Positions 37,901-52,900 of a DNA stretch of 64,000 nucleotides are shown one piece after another; the stretch's first letter is position 1, and each line of letters opens with the position of its first letter. The position numbers were made by a program, and so were the translations under genes. Source of the stretch: Raillietiella orientalis (taxonomy: Eukaryota); contig JAYWIR010000014.1 in the NCBI GenBank assembly GCA_036172245.1, positions 3,906,001 to 3,970,000 of the forward strand. The letters are read 5' to 3'. A model generated the notes under the pieces. That model worked only from the letters and a program-made list of their open reading frames with translations, searched no databases and had not been told where the DNA came from.

Positions 37901-40900
37901 TTACTATTAAAGTAAGTTATGTAATGACATTGGAGTTTATTTGAAATTCCGTTAAAGATTTTACATGTCCTGTTGTATTCTGTGGATCATTACTTAACCC
38001 TGTTTGAACACGAATACACCATTCCAGGAGTTCTCATCAACTTAGTTCTTGTAGAAGATTTTCACAGTAAAATTCAGGTTCCCACAATTTCTCCATCTCT
38101 CAGTGAATATGAATTCACTTTTAGAGCAGGAATAATTTCGGTGGGTTGAAAATTTCATTGTATTTAATTGCTGCATATGTAAAAGATTCAAAACGCCATG
38201 CAGAATACTCACCCTGTTGATCTTCAAGCTTCAAATATTGTTCCAGTAGACAGAAGCAGAACTTTGCGAGTTCGGTTACCTGCAGAGACAGAGAAGTCTG
38301 CTTGTGATTTTATTCAATCTGTATGCAAGAAACTGCTAACGCCTCTTTCGGATTTAAAGAATCACTTAAGTAATTTTACAAATATGTCATCCAACATTTC
38401 GGCTCAGAAAATGAATTTTCTTGGTTCCTAATGGGTGAGGCTGCAAAGCAGATCGATACCTTCCTCGGAGAAGATCATGGCTTTGAAGACTATGTGCTCA
38501 AAGTTCATGATCTCAAACAATATCAGAAACGAATTCAATCCCTACCTGAAGTGGAATTCTTCCCTTGCGTGGAATTGCGTTTATGTGCTTTCAAAAATGC
38601 GTTATTAGATTTGAGTCATTCCCTTATCAGTGTGCTCCTGGAATATATGATGCAGACTCACTTGGAAATCTTACAGAATCTTTCACATCAGTATAATGAT
38701 GCCAAAGACAAGGCTCTTACTCCTCCATCAACAACTTTGGAATTATTCCAGCTAAATGATTACATGAATGTGAGCTATGAAAATCTTTAATTTTAAATTA
38801 CTGGTTTGTTTAAAGGATTTTAAAAACAAATCGTTGGGCCAACTTGTATTAGATGTTGAAGATGTAAAGAAAAGAATGGAGTTCTTAATGAGTGAATGTA
38901 CTTTTCAACCTGATCAATTGCAATTACAGCTGGAGGTTTTATTCTGGCCTCAAAATATATTTTCTGTCTTAGAAACCAGTGGAGAGGTAAGTATTTTCTC
39001 AACTGTAACCATTAATGATTGAAGTAAAGCTGACTGACAAATGTAAAGAAGAATTTGAGTTAGCATTACATGACAAAATCGAGAAGACTTCACTCGATCT
39101 TATCAAATTATATGATAGAGTTATATCTCTAGAAGCATTGGGAGATATGGATGGGATAGACGATTATCGTCAGGTAGAGTTATAGCTTTTAGTATCATAA
39201 ATCCCATTCTTTTCCTAGGAAATACGTAATCTTCAATTGAGATGCGCTGACATCGATCGTATTGTTATGTGGATTCAAGAAGAAGAATCTTTGTTCAAGT
39301 TTCCGATTTCCACGTTTCCCAAATTAACAGAAATTAAAGTGAGCATTGTTTATTATGGAATTAAAAAGCATTATCGTATATTTTAGCAAATGTTGGATCC
39401 CTTTGCGAAATTATATACCAACATTCGGCAGTGGAAGAAAGATTACAAGAGATGGATGGATGGCTCTTTTCTTGATTTAAATGCAAACGTTGTGGAATCT
39501 GAATTGGAAGAGTACTCCAGGTTTTCTGACTTTTTGAACCTGTTGTTTTCTTGTTATATGAATTTATTGTTATCCCTCATGTAGAAGATATTTTCCAAAT
39601 TATGGATTTTTCAAATCTATCAACTTATGTAATTCGGCATTATATCTTTTTAAGCATGATCGATTCGTGCTTCATCACACCAAGATTTGCCTATTTTTTA
39701 AAATTCATCTCACCTTGTTTTTTATGAATTTTTTTTTTACAGGGAGTTGTTCAGACTTCAGAAACAATTCAAAACACGTTTCAAGCAAGCTGCATTAGAG
39801 GGAGATCCCCGCAGAATCTTTTATCATTTGGATGAAGAACATCCAGATGTACTTCCTGGTCCCATGAAACTTTGTGTCATGGCCTTAGGAGAAATTAAAA
39901 ATTTCAAGGTTCTTTGCTGTCGATCGTTTGTCCAAGTTATTGAATTTTGTAGGAGCATCTGACTGTAATACAAATTTTATGTAATCCGGGCTTAAAACAA
40001 AGACACTGGGATCGGATGATGCAGATTACTGGTGAAGATATGACAATTGATTCAGGAACTACATTGAGAAAAATGCTGGAGCTGAATCTTGGACCTTTCA
40101 TTGAAAATCTGGAGATTATATCTCAGGGAGCTAGCAAAGAATTCATATTGGAGTCAAATCTGAAACGAATGCAGGATGAATGGAAAACAACGTTTTTTAA
40201 TACAGTTCTTTATAAGTAGGGCAATGTGCACTCAGTACACTCATATTCAGTTCTTTAGAGATACAGGAGTTCATGTTCTATCTGCATTGGATGATATCCA
40301 AACACAACTGGATGAGCACATTGTAAAAACGCAAACTATGAAGGCATCTGCATTTATTCAGCCATTTTGGAATGAAACAGAAGCATGGGAAAAGAAGCTT
40401 ATTCGTGTACAAGACACACTTGATGAATGGCTCAAACTGCAGGCTCAGTGGATGTACTTAGAACCTATCTTTTCATCCGCTGATATCATGCAGCAATTGC
40501 CAGAAGAAACGAGAATGTTTATGGTATGTTTAATCTGTGCTTTGCCAATTCCATCCCATTTTGTTTATCTTAGACTGTTGACAAGACTTTTCGATCTGTT
40601 ATGTCCATTATGCTAAAAGAGTCACCTGTACTGAATGTGGCAGGTACAGAAGGAATGCTGGAAAGATTTCAGGAATCAAACATGCTAATAGATAAAATCA
40701 ATAAAGGCATCAATACATACTTGGAAATAAAACGCTTATTCTTTCCAAGGTATGGATTAGATTAAATCTCCGAATGCAGCATTCTGTATAGATTTTTCTT
40801 TCTTTCCAATGATGAAATGCTGGAAATTCTTTCTGAAACTAAAGATCCTAAACGTGTACAACCACATTTAAAAAAATGTTTCGAGGAAATTAGCTATTTG

Positions 40901-43900
40901 GAATTCAACGACCTTCTGGAAATTACAGCCATGTGCAGTGAGCAAGGAGAAAGAGTGCTGTTCTCGCAAACCATTTCTACTTCAAAAGCAAATGGAGCTG
41001 TTGAAAAATGGCTATTACAAGTAAAAGTTGTTATTTTTTCTTTAAATGTGAGAGATATTTAAATTTTCGGTTGCAAGTATTATGTGCCTTATTTTGCATT
41101 TTATATGCCTTGACAATCAATTAGATGTTTTCAAATCTTGAAAGCAAGAGTGGTTTTATCAGCAATTCCGAAAGTATTGTATTTGCGTTAGAAAACGACA
41201 TAGATAAGTTGGGACTCTTCATCAGTTTCTTTGATATGTGAAGATTGTGGTGTATGAAATCTTTCATCACATAACCTTGTGAAATTTTTCAATTTGTGAA
41301 CACATCCATGTACAGTAGCATTGTATTGTTTGTAGATCTGGATGCTCATATCTGCATTTGGTCCAGCAATCATTATAGTTAAATCACTGAATAATGCATT
41401 GGGATACATTTGCTTGGATAAAATAATTGATCCTAAATCTATGCAGAAAACAATAGCTTTCCTGTCCAATATATCAGTAATAATAACAAAAATTCGTTTT
41501 TACATTCAATTTTTTTAAAGCTTTCTACGGTAACACGGAACAATGTTTCATAATAGAAGAATGGATAGTAACAGAATTCATTCAAATATTATGAACTGAC
41601 ATCAACAATATTTAATAGACACAAAGAGGAATGTGAAAATGAAAGGTTTCTTCTAGCAGCAGCTTGAAACTACTCACTAAGCGAATTTTTTCATAAATTC
41701 AAGAATCTTACATGTAGGTGTATAGATTGAGAACAATTTTTCAACAACAAATCCTCTGATGCTTGTAAACTGTGCTTCATAACTAAGAGTTTATATGGAT
41801 TATATACTTAGAGAAATTGAATCATGCAAATATGTACAGAGAATCTATATTCGTTGTAAATTGGATGCCCCAAACTCAAGAGACATGCTTAAGATTATAT
41901 GATGTGTTATTTTCAATTTAAGGCATGATCAGCAACAATTTGCAAATATGGTCGAAAAAGAAGGAAAAAAAAATTAGATACAATAGATTTGCAACAAATT
42001 AAAGGGTTGATTAATCAAAGGGTATTCAATTAGTAAGTGGTCTGTCTTCATGCTTTTTATGCTTTTTCCCCCACAGTTTTGTTCTTGCCAAAAAAAAAAA
42101 AGTTATGGAACTTCAGAAACGTTAGGTTTTTCTAGAAACACCATAAATTGAAAACGAAATAACCAAAAATTTTTAACAAAAAGCCTTGGTCACATTTTTT
42201 GGGGAAAGATTTATTTCAAAAGTGATCCAATAATTTTTCTCTAACACATGTTGTAATACCATAAATTGTAGCTGAAGTTATAATTTATTCATTTAAATTC
42301 AGTTATAGAAATCCTCATTTAAACGAACTAAGTAAATGAAATTAAAATAAAATTTTTTGGAGTAAAAGACTGAAGTGTAAATTTTATGGTTTGAATTTGA
42401 GAAAAGGTACGCCGTTAAAATCAGCATCGAATTGTTCCTAGTTTTTTCCCGTAAGGCTGCTGATCCCTAAAGAACATGCAATATCTTATCAAAGAGTTTT
42501 CGGTCAGTGATTGATTCAAATTTAATCAGATTATAAGTGCAATTTTCATGAGATGGTGTTTGAATGAAAACAAATTTTAGGTACAAGATATCATGGTAGA
42601 ATCAATACGACTAATAGTTGCAGAGGCTGCAGAAGCTTATACTGACGAACAAAGAAAATCTTGGATTACTAAATGGCCTGGACAGGTTGTCATTTGTGTA
42701 TCACAGATTTACTGGACTTTAGAAGTACATGCTGCCATTAAGAATGGCATTCAGTACTTAAGTGAATACCATGAAAGATTAGAGGTGGAAGATATCTGCG
42801 TTATATGAATAACAACTGTTTTGAATTTAGAGTCAGTTAGAAGAAGTCATCGGTATGATTCGAGGCACACTTGCTAGTCATTTGCGCACTATTTTGGAAG
42901 TTCTGGTTGTAATCGAAGTTCATAACAAAGATGTCGTAGCCGAACTTATCAAAAGAAATATCCAGCATGATAAAGAGTTTCTTTGGCAGTCTCAGCTGAG
43001 GTAAATTCATGATTTTAAGAAAATAATTATCAGGGATGAATAGGTACTATTGGGAGAATGAGGATGTTATTATTCGTTGCATTAATTCTGTTATCCCCTA
43101 TGCTTATGAATATTTGGGAAATACTGGACGATTGGTGATAACCCCATTAACAGATAGGTAGATTATTCTTTGCTTAATTTTCTTTTTAAAATAATTATTT
43201 GAAATAGGTGTTATCGAACATTGCTCAGCGCTTTTACTTTGCATTTGCATGGAGCTCCAGAAGGACCTGCTGGTACTGGAAAAACTGAAACTGTAAAGGA
43301 TTTGGCCAAAGCACTGGCGGTACAGTGCGTAGTTTTCAATTGTTCTGAAGGATTGAACTACATCGCAATGGGAAAGGTTTAACAATGCTTTGCAGATAGC
43401 AAATTTTCCTTAGTTTTTCAAGGGAGTGGCTTCTTGTGGAGCATGGATTTGCTTTGATGAATTCAATCGTATCGAAATTGAAGTTCTTTCAGTTATTGCA
43501 CAACAGATTTTGTGTATCATTCGTGGGGTTCAGGCTAAAGTATCAATGTTTGTGTTTGAGGGAACACAACTGACTCTCAATCCTATGTGTTATATATGTA
43601 CCACCATGAATCCTGGGTATGCAGGACGAAGTGAGCTTCCAGATAATCTTAAAGTAAGTATTTGCGGTGAAAGAAAAGCCATGAAAAGAATATTAATTTA
43701 TTATAGGCCAAAAAGAAGAGTAGGAGTTTGATAATGTTTTGAGTCTTTTATTTACATGAAAGCATAGACTTTTTGACTGTAGTGTGTTTCTTGCTGTTTA
43801 ATTTGTTGAAAAGTCAACTTTTTATTGTTAAATAAATTCTAGCAACTTTGTCAGAATAAAATAAATGTGAGCGATTATTTGTAACTTGTTTGGTTTTATT

Positions 43901-46900
43901 CTTAACTTTTTTCTAAATCAAGTACTGTTTTGATTATTAGTGTGACTTTCAAAAAAATTTGCTGCATTTAGGTATTATTCCGAACAGTGGCCATGATGGT
44001 GCCGGACTATACCCTGATTGCAGAAATCAGCTTATACTCATTTGGCTTCATCAAAGCTCGACCTTTATCTATGAAGATAGTCACTTTGTATCGCCTGTGC
44101 TCAGAGCAGTTGTCAACTCAGTCGCATTATGATTATGGTAGGATTAAATAAGTTTCTGAGCATTGAATCTTGATTTACATTAAGGTATGAGAGCTGTGAA
44201 ATCAGTGCTTTCTGCAGCTGGAACTCTTAGAATAAAGTACCCAGAAGAGCAAGAAGAAATTCTGCTTTTGAGATCAATCATTGATGTTAATTTACCAAAA
44301 TTTCTTTCTCATGATATTCCTTTATTTGAGGGAATCCTTTTGGATCTTTTTCCAGGCGTCCAGTTACCATCAGTGGACTATGCCTTACTTTTGGATGCTG
44401 CCCTTCAGGTTGCTTGTGTTGTATAACGTATCTTTATTGCTTTTGGTTGCGCTACAGGTATGCCGTATTCTAAATCTGCAGCCAGTTCCAAAATTTTTGG
44501 GGAAAGTTACACAGATTTATGAGATGATGATGGTGAGGCATGGATTTATGCTTGTGGGAGATCCATATGGAGCCAAATCTTCTGCCTGGAAAGTTTTAGC
44601 ATCCACCATGTGCATTCTTAGTGAAAGGTATTCTCTATTGAATGGGTTCATTCATGTTTTACTTTCATAGTTTGGATACAATAAAGAAAGTAGTTTATGA
44701 AGTGATTAATCCAAAAACTCTCAGTATTGAGGAATTATATGGCTCCTTTGACATGGTGTCTCGTGAATGGACAGATGGAGTGGTGGCCAATATATTTAGG
44801 TTATTGTTAGCTTGATGTCGCTAAATCAGTAATTATGTGATAAAGGAAATTTGCAACATCTGATGCTTCCCATTATCGATGGATAATTTTTGATGGTCCA
44901 GTTGATCCTGTTTGGATTGAGAGCATGAATAGCGTTCTCGATGACAATAAAAAACTATGTTTAATGTCCGGGGAAATCATCTATCTTACCTCGTTTATGA
45001 ATCTCATTTTTGAAGTGATGGATCTTTCCCAGGTATGATTAGTTTATCACAACACTAGCCTTGTGTTCCAGGCATCCCCTGCAACTGTATCTCGTTGTGG
45101 GATGATCTATTTTGAATCCAATTCGTTAGAATGGCAGTCATTAATTCTGTCTTGGAAAGTTTCAACAGGATCTCTTCTGGGTATAACATTGCTTACTCTC
45201 TTGGAGAATACAATTCATTGGTTACTTCCACCTATTTTGGAATTTATATTAAAAGACGGCAAAGAACTACAGCCTACATCCGTGTTTTCTTTGACTAAGT
45301 AAATAATATATGTGCAGCTGAAGTTTTAAGTCACACCACATAGATTTTTTTTAGAGTTAGTGTCCGCTCTTTTCCAGGAAGCAAAACAATTTGATCCTTC
45401 AGAAAAACAGTTAAACCTTTGGTTTCCAAATATCGTAATTATGGCAATGTTGTGGTCATATGGTGGAGGGTTAGATTACCCTAGCAGGCTTCGATTCGAA
45501 ACAGTGTTAAGAGATTTACTTGCAGGTAAGAGTATGTGGATATTAAATCACAAGGATTCCGCTTTGTTTTTTCAGGTAGAAACAGTTTGTTCCCAATTCC
45601 TGAATCAGTGGGCAAGTTGGATGTGGCTCTTCCATCCGAGCACATATATAATTTTTTTGTGGATTTTTCAAGAAAAGGTCAGTGGAAAATGTGGATTGAT
45701 GTGGCAAAAAGCAAAGAAATTGCTGAAGATGCCAATCCACAGGAAGTCATCATTCCAACAATTGATACTGTGAGGTGCATTATCTATTTTCTCTTTCATA
45801 TTAATCACATTTATTAACAGATATGCCTACCTAATAAATCTGTGTATCAAATACGGATTCCCTATGCTTTTAGTCGGTCCGACTGGCACAGGAAAAAGCA
45901 CATACATGCATAATCTACTTTTACATGGAATTTCCAGACAAGAGTATGTAGTTAACCCAATATCATTTTCTACATATACTACATCAACACAAGCTCAGGT
46001 ATATATTTTGGCACATGTCTTTACAGCATTAAAATAATGTAGTTTCTTTTTATGCCAGGATTTGATAATGGCAAAATTGGACAGACGACAGAAAGGCATT
46101 TATGGACCTCCATTGCCTAAGAAATGTATCATTTTCATTGATGATTTCAATATGCCAGCCAAAGAGAAATTTGGAGCTCAGCCTCCAATGGAATTGTTGC
46201 GTCAATATTTTGATTATAGATTTTGGTAATAATTACAATTTGTTTGGTGAAAATATGCATACTTAGTCACAAGTAGTCTTGTGATGTACTTCTATCGTTT
46301 TGTTCATTTTTTATTGCCTACTATACTTATGAATTTCATAGGTAATAATCAGAAACTATGTATTTATTTTCTATTCAGGAAAAGTTTCCATGAATCACGT
46401 GCATATTAAATTACATTGATACATGTATCATGATACTGTGTCCTATCTTATAATACTATAGGTATCATAGTATTGCCTTCATTATTTTGTTCAGGATACA
46501 TAAGTTCTGCATCAAAAATGTATATCATTGTAGGTTTGATAGAAAAACTTCAAGTAGAATCAAGCTAGAAGATCTTCAGTTTCTTGGTGCAATGCTACCA
46601 TCAGGAGGTAGTAGGCCACTTATTACTCCAAGGCTCTTAAGACATTTTTACGTACTTGCCATAAACGATTTTCCTGATGAGTCTTTATTTCGAATTTTTT
46701 CAAGTGTTTTGACTTTGTACTTTAAAGTAAGATAACTGTTTTGTTTCTATAATTCTTATTTGATTTAGAATCAAGAATTTGCTATTGATATGTATGGTGT
46801 CATACGGTGTATAGTCAATGGAACTATAGATATTTACAAAAAATCAATTGCCAAATTGCTTCCAACTCCTTCGAAATCTCATTACGTATTTAATCTACGT

Positions 46901-49900
46901 GACTTTTCTCGAGTAATTCTAGGTTGCTGTTTGTTACGCAAAGAAAGCATTGACAATAAGCAAACTTTTATCCGGTAAGTGCTATGAACATATTTTAAGT
47001 TTTTGGCAAATTAATTTCCATAGAATATGGGTACACGAAATTCTGCGAACATTTTACGATCGTTTGGTAAATGATGAAGATCGAAAGTGGTTTTTTTTAC
47101 AGTTACGTGAAGCGGTTCAATTGCATTTCAAGGAGAATTTTGATGCTGTTTTCGAACATCTCTCTCAAGGATCGAATCAGGTATCAAGTAAACAATGGGG
47201 CACAACTGTCTGCATGAAGTTCTGTTATATATTCAGATAAAGGAAGAACATCTCTCAGCATTAATGTTTGGGAATTTTATGAATCCAGACGCTTTTTTAG
47301 ATGCCAGATACGAAGAAATTCGTGATATGAAAGAATTTGAGAGAGTCGTCGATGCTGCTTTAGATGAATATAATACTTTGAACAAACAAGCAATGAATCT
47401 TGTCATTTTCAGGTCCATGTCTTTTTAAAAGTTGACTCATCAAAAAAATATTGTAGGTATTGCCTGGAGCATTTGTCTCGTATCGCCAGAGTTTTAGCAT
47501 ATCCTAAAGGACATGCACTTTTAATAGGAGTTGGGGGAAATGGCCGTCAATCACTGACCAAATTAGCTGCTTTCATGTTAAAATTTAGATTGTTTCAACC
47601 AGAAATAAGTAAAAATTATGGTAATCATGCTTATCCTTTACAAAGATTTTATTTAACTTGTGTATCGCAGGTTTTGTTGAATGGAGAGAAGATGTTAAAA
47701 AAGTTTTAACATTATCCGGTGGTGAACGACATGCCACTGTATTTCTTGTTTCAGGCTCTCAAATTAAAAATAATGCATTTTTAGAAGACGTTGATTCTTT
47801 ACTGAACACTGGAGATGTGCCAAATCTTTGGCTTCCTGAAGAAAAACAAAAATTATTTGAAGTGAAGAGGATGATTACCCAAAAATGCAGCATTGATTTT
47901 ATTTTTTCAGCTAACTCTTGAAGCTGCACAAGCAGGCAATCGTCGCTTGGATATTGATCCTCTGACGCTATTTGCATTATTTGTGTCCTCTTGTCAGAAA
48001 AATCTTCATTTGATTCTCACTTTCAGCCCTGTTGGTGTAACATTTCGCACTCGCTTGAGACAGTTTCCTTCTCTTATCAATTGTTGCACTATTGATTGGT
48101 ATGAGGTCAGAAGAACTTTATTCTTGGAATTATTCACTCTGATTATTTTTGCAAAGCCCTGGCCTACAGAAGCTTTGGATAAAATCGCATTGCATTATTT
48201 ACAGGAATGTGAATTAAAGTCATCATTACTACCTGTGTATGGGCATTCTTTCAAATATTTTCATATTGATGCAAGGTACTATTAACTTATCTGATACTCA
48301 TGAAGACTTATTTGTTCAGTGAAATGGCTGAACGATTTAAGCGAGAATTGAATCGACATGTTTATGTCACCCCATCTTCCTACATGGAAGCTCTACGCAT
48401 ATTTAAAACTTATCTGTTGGCACAGCAAACAAGTGTCACACAATTGAGGAATCGTTATCTGGCAGGATTGGACCAGTTAGCATTTGCTGCTCAACAGGTA
48501 ATGTGAATATGTTTGTTCGGAATTTCAATTTCATGTTTTAGATAGAAGTTATGCAAAAAGATTTAAACGTGTTGATACCTGAGTTGGAAATAGCAGCTGT
48601 GCAAATAAAGAAAATAATGGAGATCACACTGGAAAAATCTGATGAGGCGAATGCAATGGAAAAAACTGTCAAAGAAGAAGAGACTCTGGCCAACATGCAA
48701 GCTAAAGAAGCTACAAATCTCAAAGAAGAGTGTGAAAGTGATCTTGCAGAAGCTATGCCTATGCTAGAAGGTAACATGCATTGCTTGTTAAAGCATTTGT
48801 TGTTTTCCAGCATCTATTTTGGCCCTGGATACTTTGAAACCACAGGATATAACAATTGTAAAGAGCATGAAATCACCACCGGAGGCCATTAAATTGGTAA
48901 TGGCTGCCGTATGCATAATGAAAGATATCAAACCAGATAGAATAAAAGATCCCAGCACTGGTCGCATGGTAAATTTTCCAAGCATATGAAGGTGTTCAAG
49001 TGGTTCCAGATATTAGATTATTGGGGACCAAGTAAACGGTTTCTGGGGGATATGAGTTTTCTGCAACAGTTAAAAGAATACGACAAAGACGACATTCCAG
49101 TTTCCATCATGAGCAGAATTCGTAAGGATTTTCTGCCCAATCCTTTGTTTGACCCTTCAGTGGTTAGCAAAGCATCATCAGCTGCAGAAGGACTGTGCCG
49201 ATGGGTTCAGGCAATGGAAAAATATGATTTAGTGGCCCAAGTTGGTATAATTTAATGTAAATGATGACTACGAGTTTTATGAAGGTTGTGGCTCCCAAAA
49301 AAATGCGTTTGGTGCAGGCGGAACACCAGTATCAACGCACTATTGAACATCTTACTGAAAAGCAGCAACAGCTGCAAGAAATTCGTTCGCGTGTTGAGCA
49401 TTTCAAAGCCACGCTTGCTGATGCTTCAACCAGAAAACAGCGATTAGAAGATGAAGTAGATCTGTGTTCGAAAAAATTGATTCGAGCCGAAAAACTAATT
49501 GGTTGGCTTTTTGTTTGTGCGGTTTGTTGCAATTTTAGAATTTGCTTTTATAGGAGCACTTGGTGGAGAAAAACATCGTTGGTCGGAGGAAGCAGCGAAG
49601 CTACTAAAGAATTATGAGTATCTCTATGGAGACATTCTTCTGGCATCCGTTATCATTGCGTATTTGGGTCCTTACACAGCATCCTTCAGGTTTATCAGCT
49701 TTTCTATTAGTATCTTTTTGTTAATATTAATTAAATTCGAAAGAAACCTGTGTGTACGAAAATGGCTGCATTTTGTGCAATCCCTCAACATATCTTGCTC
49801 TCCGGATTATTCTATTAGCCGGATATTAGGATCTCCCATCAAGATCCAATCATGGAATATTGCAGGCCTCCCTCGAGATAGTTTTTCTACAGATAATGCA

Positions 49901-52900
49901 GTTATTTTCAGCTGTTCTTTGAGGTATTTATTTGTTATGAAATACAACTAATTGTTTATTTTCTGAAGATCTCCACTCTGTATTGATCCACAAAATCAAG
50001 CCAATAAATGGATTAAAAATTCAGAACGTGAGAATAAATTGCAAGTTTTAAGATTGGATAATAATTTATTCATCCGTACATTGTCAACTGCTATTCAGTT
50101 GGGATTACCAGTACTGATAGAAAATATCCTGGAGGACCTAGATTCTTCTCTTGAACCGATTCTAATGAGGAACACTTTTAAGCAAGGTGGCTGATTGGTT
50201 GATATAAACGAAAAGCCTGAACAGCACTCTAGATGGTGTAGAGATGATCCGATTAAATGAAACTATCATGGAATTCCATGCTGATTTTCGACTCTACTTC
50301 ACGACACGGCTTCGGAATCCACACTATTTGCCTGAAGTGTCAACCCGAGTCACTCTGATTAATTTCATGATCACATTAGAAGCTTTAGAAGATCAGCTGT
50401 TGGGAATAGTTGTTGCCAAAGAGAAGTATGTAAAGATTTTGCATGTTCATATGAAGGTCATAGTAAAATATAGACCAGATCTTGAAGAAGAAAGTCAGAT
50501 GCTTATTATGCAGAATGCTAATAACTCACGAGCGTTGGCAGAAACAGAAGAAGAAATCCTTTCTTTGTTATCAATCTCAGAAAAAAACATTTTGGAAGAT
50601 GAAGTTGCAATCAATGTATTGAATTCTTCAAAAGTAGGCTGACAATCGTTAAATATCTTTAACTATTTGGAATCATAGCAATTAGCTGATGATATTCTAA
50701 AGAAGCAGGAAGTAGCTCATAAAACTGAAGAATTGATCGAAAAGAGTCGCATTGCCTACAAACCGATGGCTAAACATGCATCCGTTTTGTTTTTTTCCCT
50801 AAAAGATTTGCCCAACATTGATCACATGTACTATTTTTCTTTAATGTGGTTTGTGAATTTATATGTTTCTTCTATTGACATAAGGTGAGTGCTACTTAAT
50901 TCGGTTAATTTTGGAAACGTATTTTGAACATAGTCAAAAATCCAAAAATTTGGAAAAAAGATTACGAGCCATCAAAGAGCACTTTACTTACAATTTGTAT
51001 TGTAGTGTGTGTCGATCTCTGTTTGAGAAAGACAAACTTCTGCTCTCCATTTTGCTTTGTGTCAATTTGCAAATGTAAGTACCAGCATAGGTTTTGTCCC
51101 AATTATTTATTTTTGATTTTACAGATCATGTGGTGCCATCGATGTTAATGATTTCCTCTTTTTGTTGACAGGAGGTTTAGGACTGGAAAATCTTATTCCT
51201 AATCCAGCTCCAACATGGCTTCCAGATACAAGCTGGAATGAATTATGTCGTATGAGTGATCTCAAGAAATTTGATGGTTAGATTGATGTATACTTCATAT
51301 GTTCACCTTATTATTTGTTGATGGTCTCTGTAGGATTTCTTGACGATTTTCAAACCAACACAGAACAGTGGAGATTATTTTTTGAATCTTCTGAACCCAA
51401 TAATGAAGTTTTACCTATTCCTTGGGAAACAAGACTTACCATGTTCGATAGACTGATTTTAATTCGATGTTTGAGACCAGATAAGGTAGAAAGGAGATAG
51501 ATTTTCTCAGTTGGACATGGGTTTCTCAGTTGATAGATTCTATTTGTTCTTTTATAACAAAGAACCTTGGCTCTGGTTTTATCCAACCTCCATCATTTGA
51601 TTTGTCAAAGTCGTATAGTGATTCCAGTTGTATTTCGCCGCTGATATTTGTACTGAGCGTTGGTTCAGATCCCATGGCAATTTTGTTGAAATTTGCTGAA
51701 GATCATAATGTTATTGACAACAAATTTCACATTATTTCTTTAGGACAAGGACAGGTTGGTTAAGCAGTCAAGGGAAAAATATTCTGAACTAATTCTGCAG
51801 GGACCTATTGCTGAAAGGATAATTGAAGCTGCACAGCAAAATGGTCATTGGGTGTGCTTGCAGAATTGCCATTTATATGCATCCTGGATGTCAGAGTTAG
51901 AGAAAATATGTGAAGGGTTTCATTTGGATAATACACATCCTAATTTTCGATTATGGTTAACCAGCTATTCTTCATCAGAAGTAATATACTTCTGAACCAA
52001 TGACAGCCAAATTAGAGTTTAATTCTAGTTCCCAATTTTAATACTACAGAATGGAATAAAAATAACTAATGAACCTCCAAATGATTTGTGTCAAAATCTT
52101 CTGAAATCATATATGAGTGATCCGATGAATGATCCTACCTTTTATGCTGGCTGTCCTGGAAAAGAAAGAATTTTTAGTAGACTACTGTATAGCATATGTT
52201 TTTTCCATGCTGTAGTTCAAGAGCGCCGTAAATTTGGTCCTCAAGGATGGAACATTGCTTACGGATTTAATGATTCCGATCTGAATATTTCAGTAAGGCA
52301 ACTGCAGGTCAGACGCACACCTTGAAAGTTTTATTCAAAAAAACGAATCTTTGTCATTTCTAGGTATTTATCAATGAACATGCTGAAGTGCCATTTGATG
52401 CCATAAGCTATATGATTGGTGAATGCAATTATGGAGGCCGTATAACAGATGATTGGGATCGTCGTACTTTAAAGACAATTTTAGAAGACTTCTGTAATGA
52501 ACGGATTATTGGCCCTGTTAAATATAATATCACATCTTCCGGAACCTATTTCATTCCCAACAAAGTAGATTATGAGGACTATCTGGATTTTATTAAGGTA
52601 TTTTTTATGAATAATGTAAGGCGCAGATTTCATCCAGATTTAAGGGTTTGCCGGTTGATCAAGATCCGGAAGTATTTGGTTTGCATGAAAATACAAGTAT
52701 TGGCAAACAGTTGCGTGATGTTCGCATGCTTTTTGACTCAGTACTGTTGACTCAGGAGACTTTGAAAGGAGAGGAAGTAGAGGAAGCCGATTCAAAGCTT
52801 CTTCACATAATCAGGGATATATTATTGAAAGTATGAAAAAGAAATTATTGGGAGTTACTAGTAGTGCTTTTCGTTAGTTACCTGGAAACTATGATGTGGG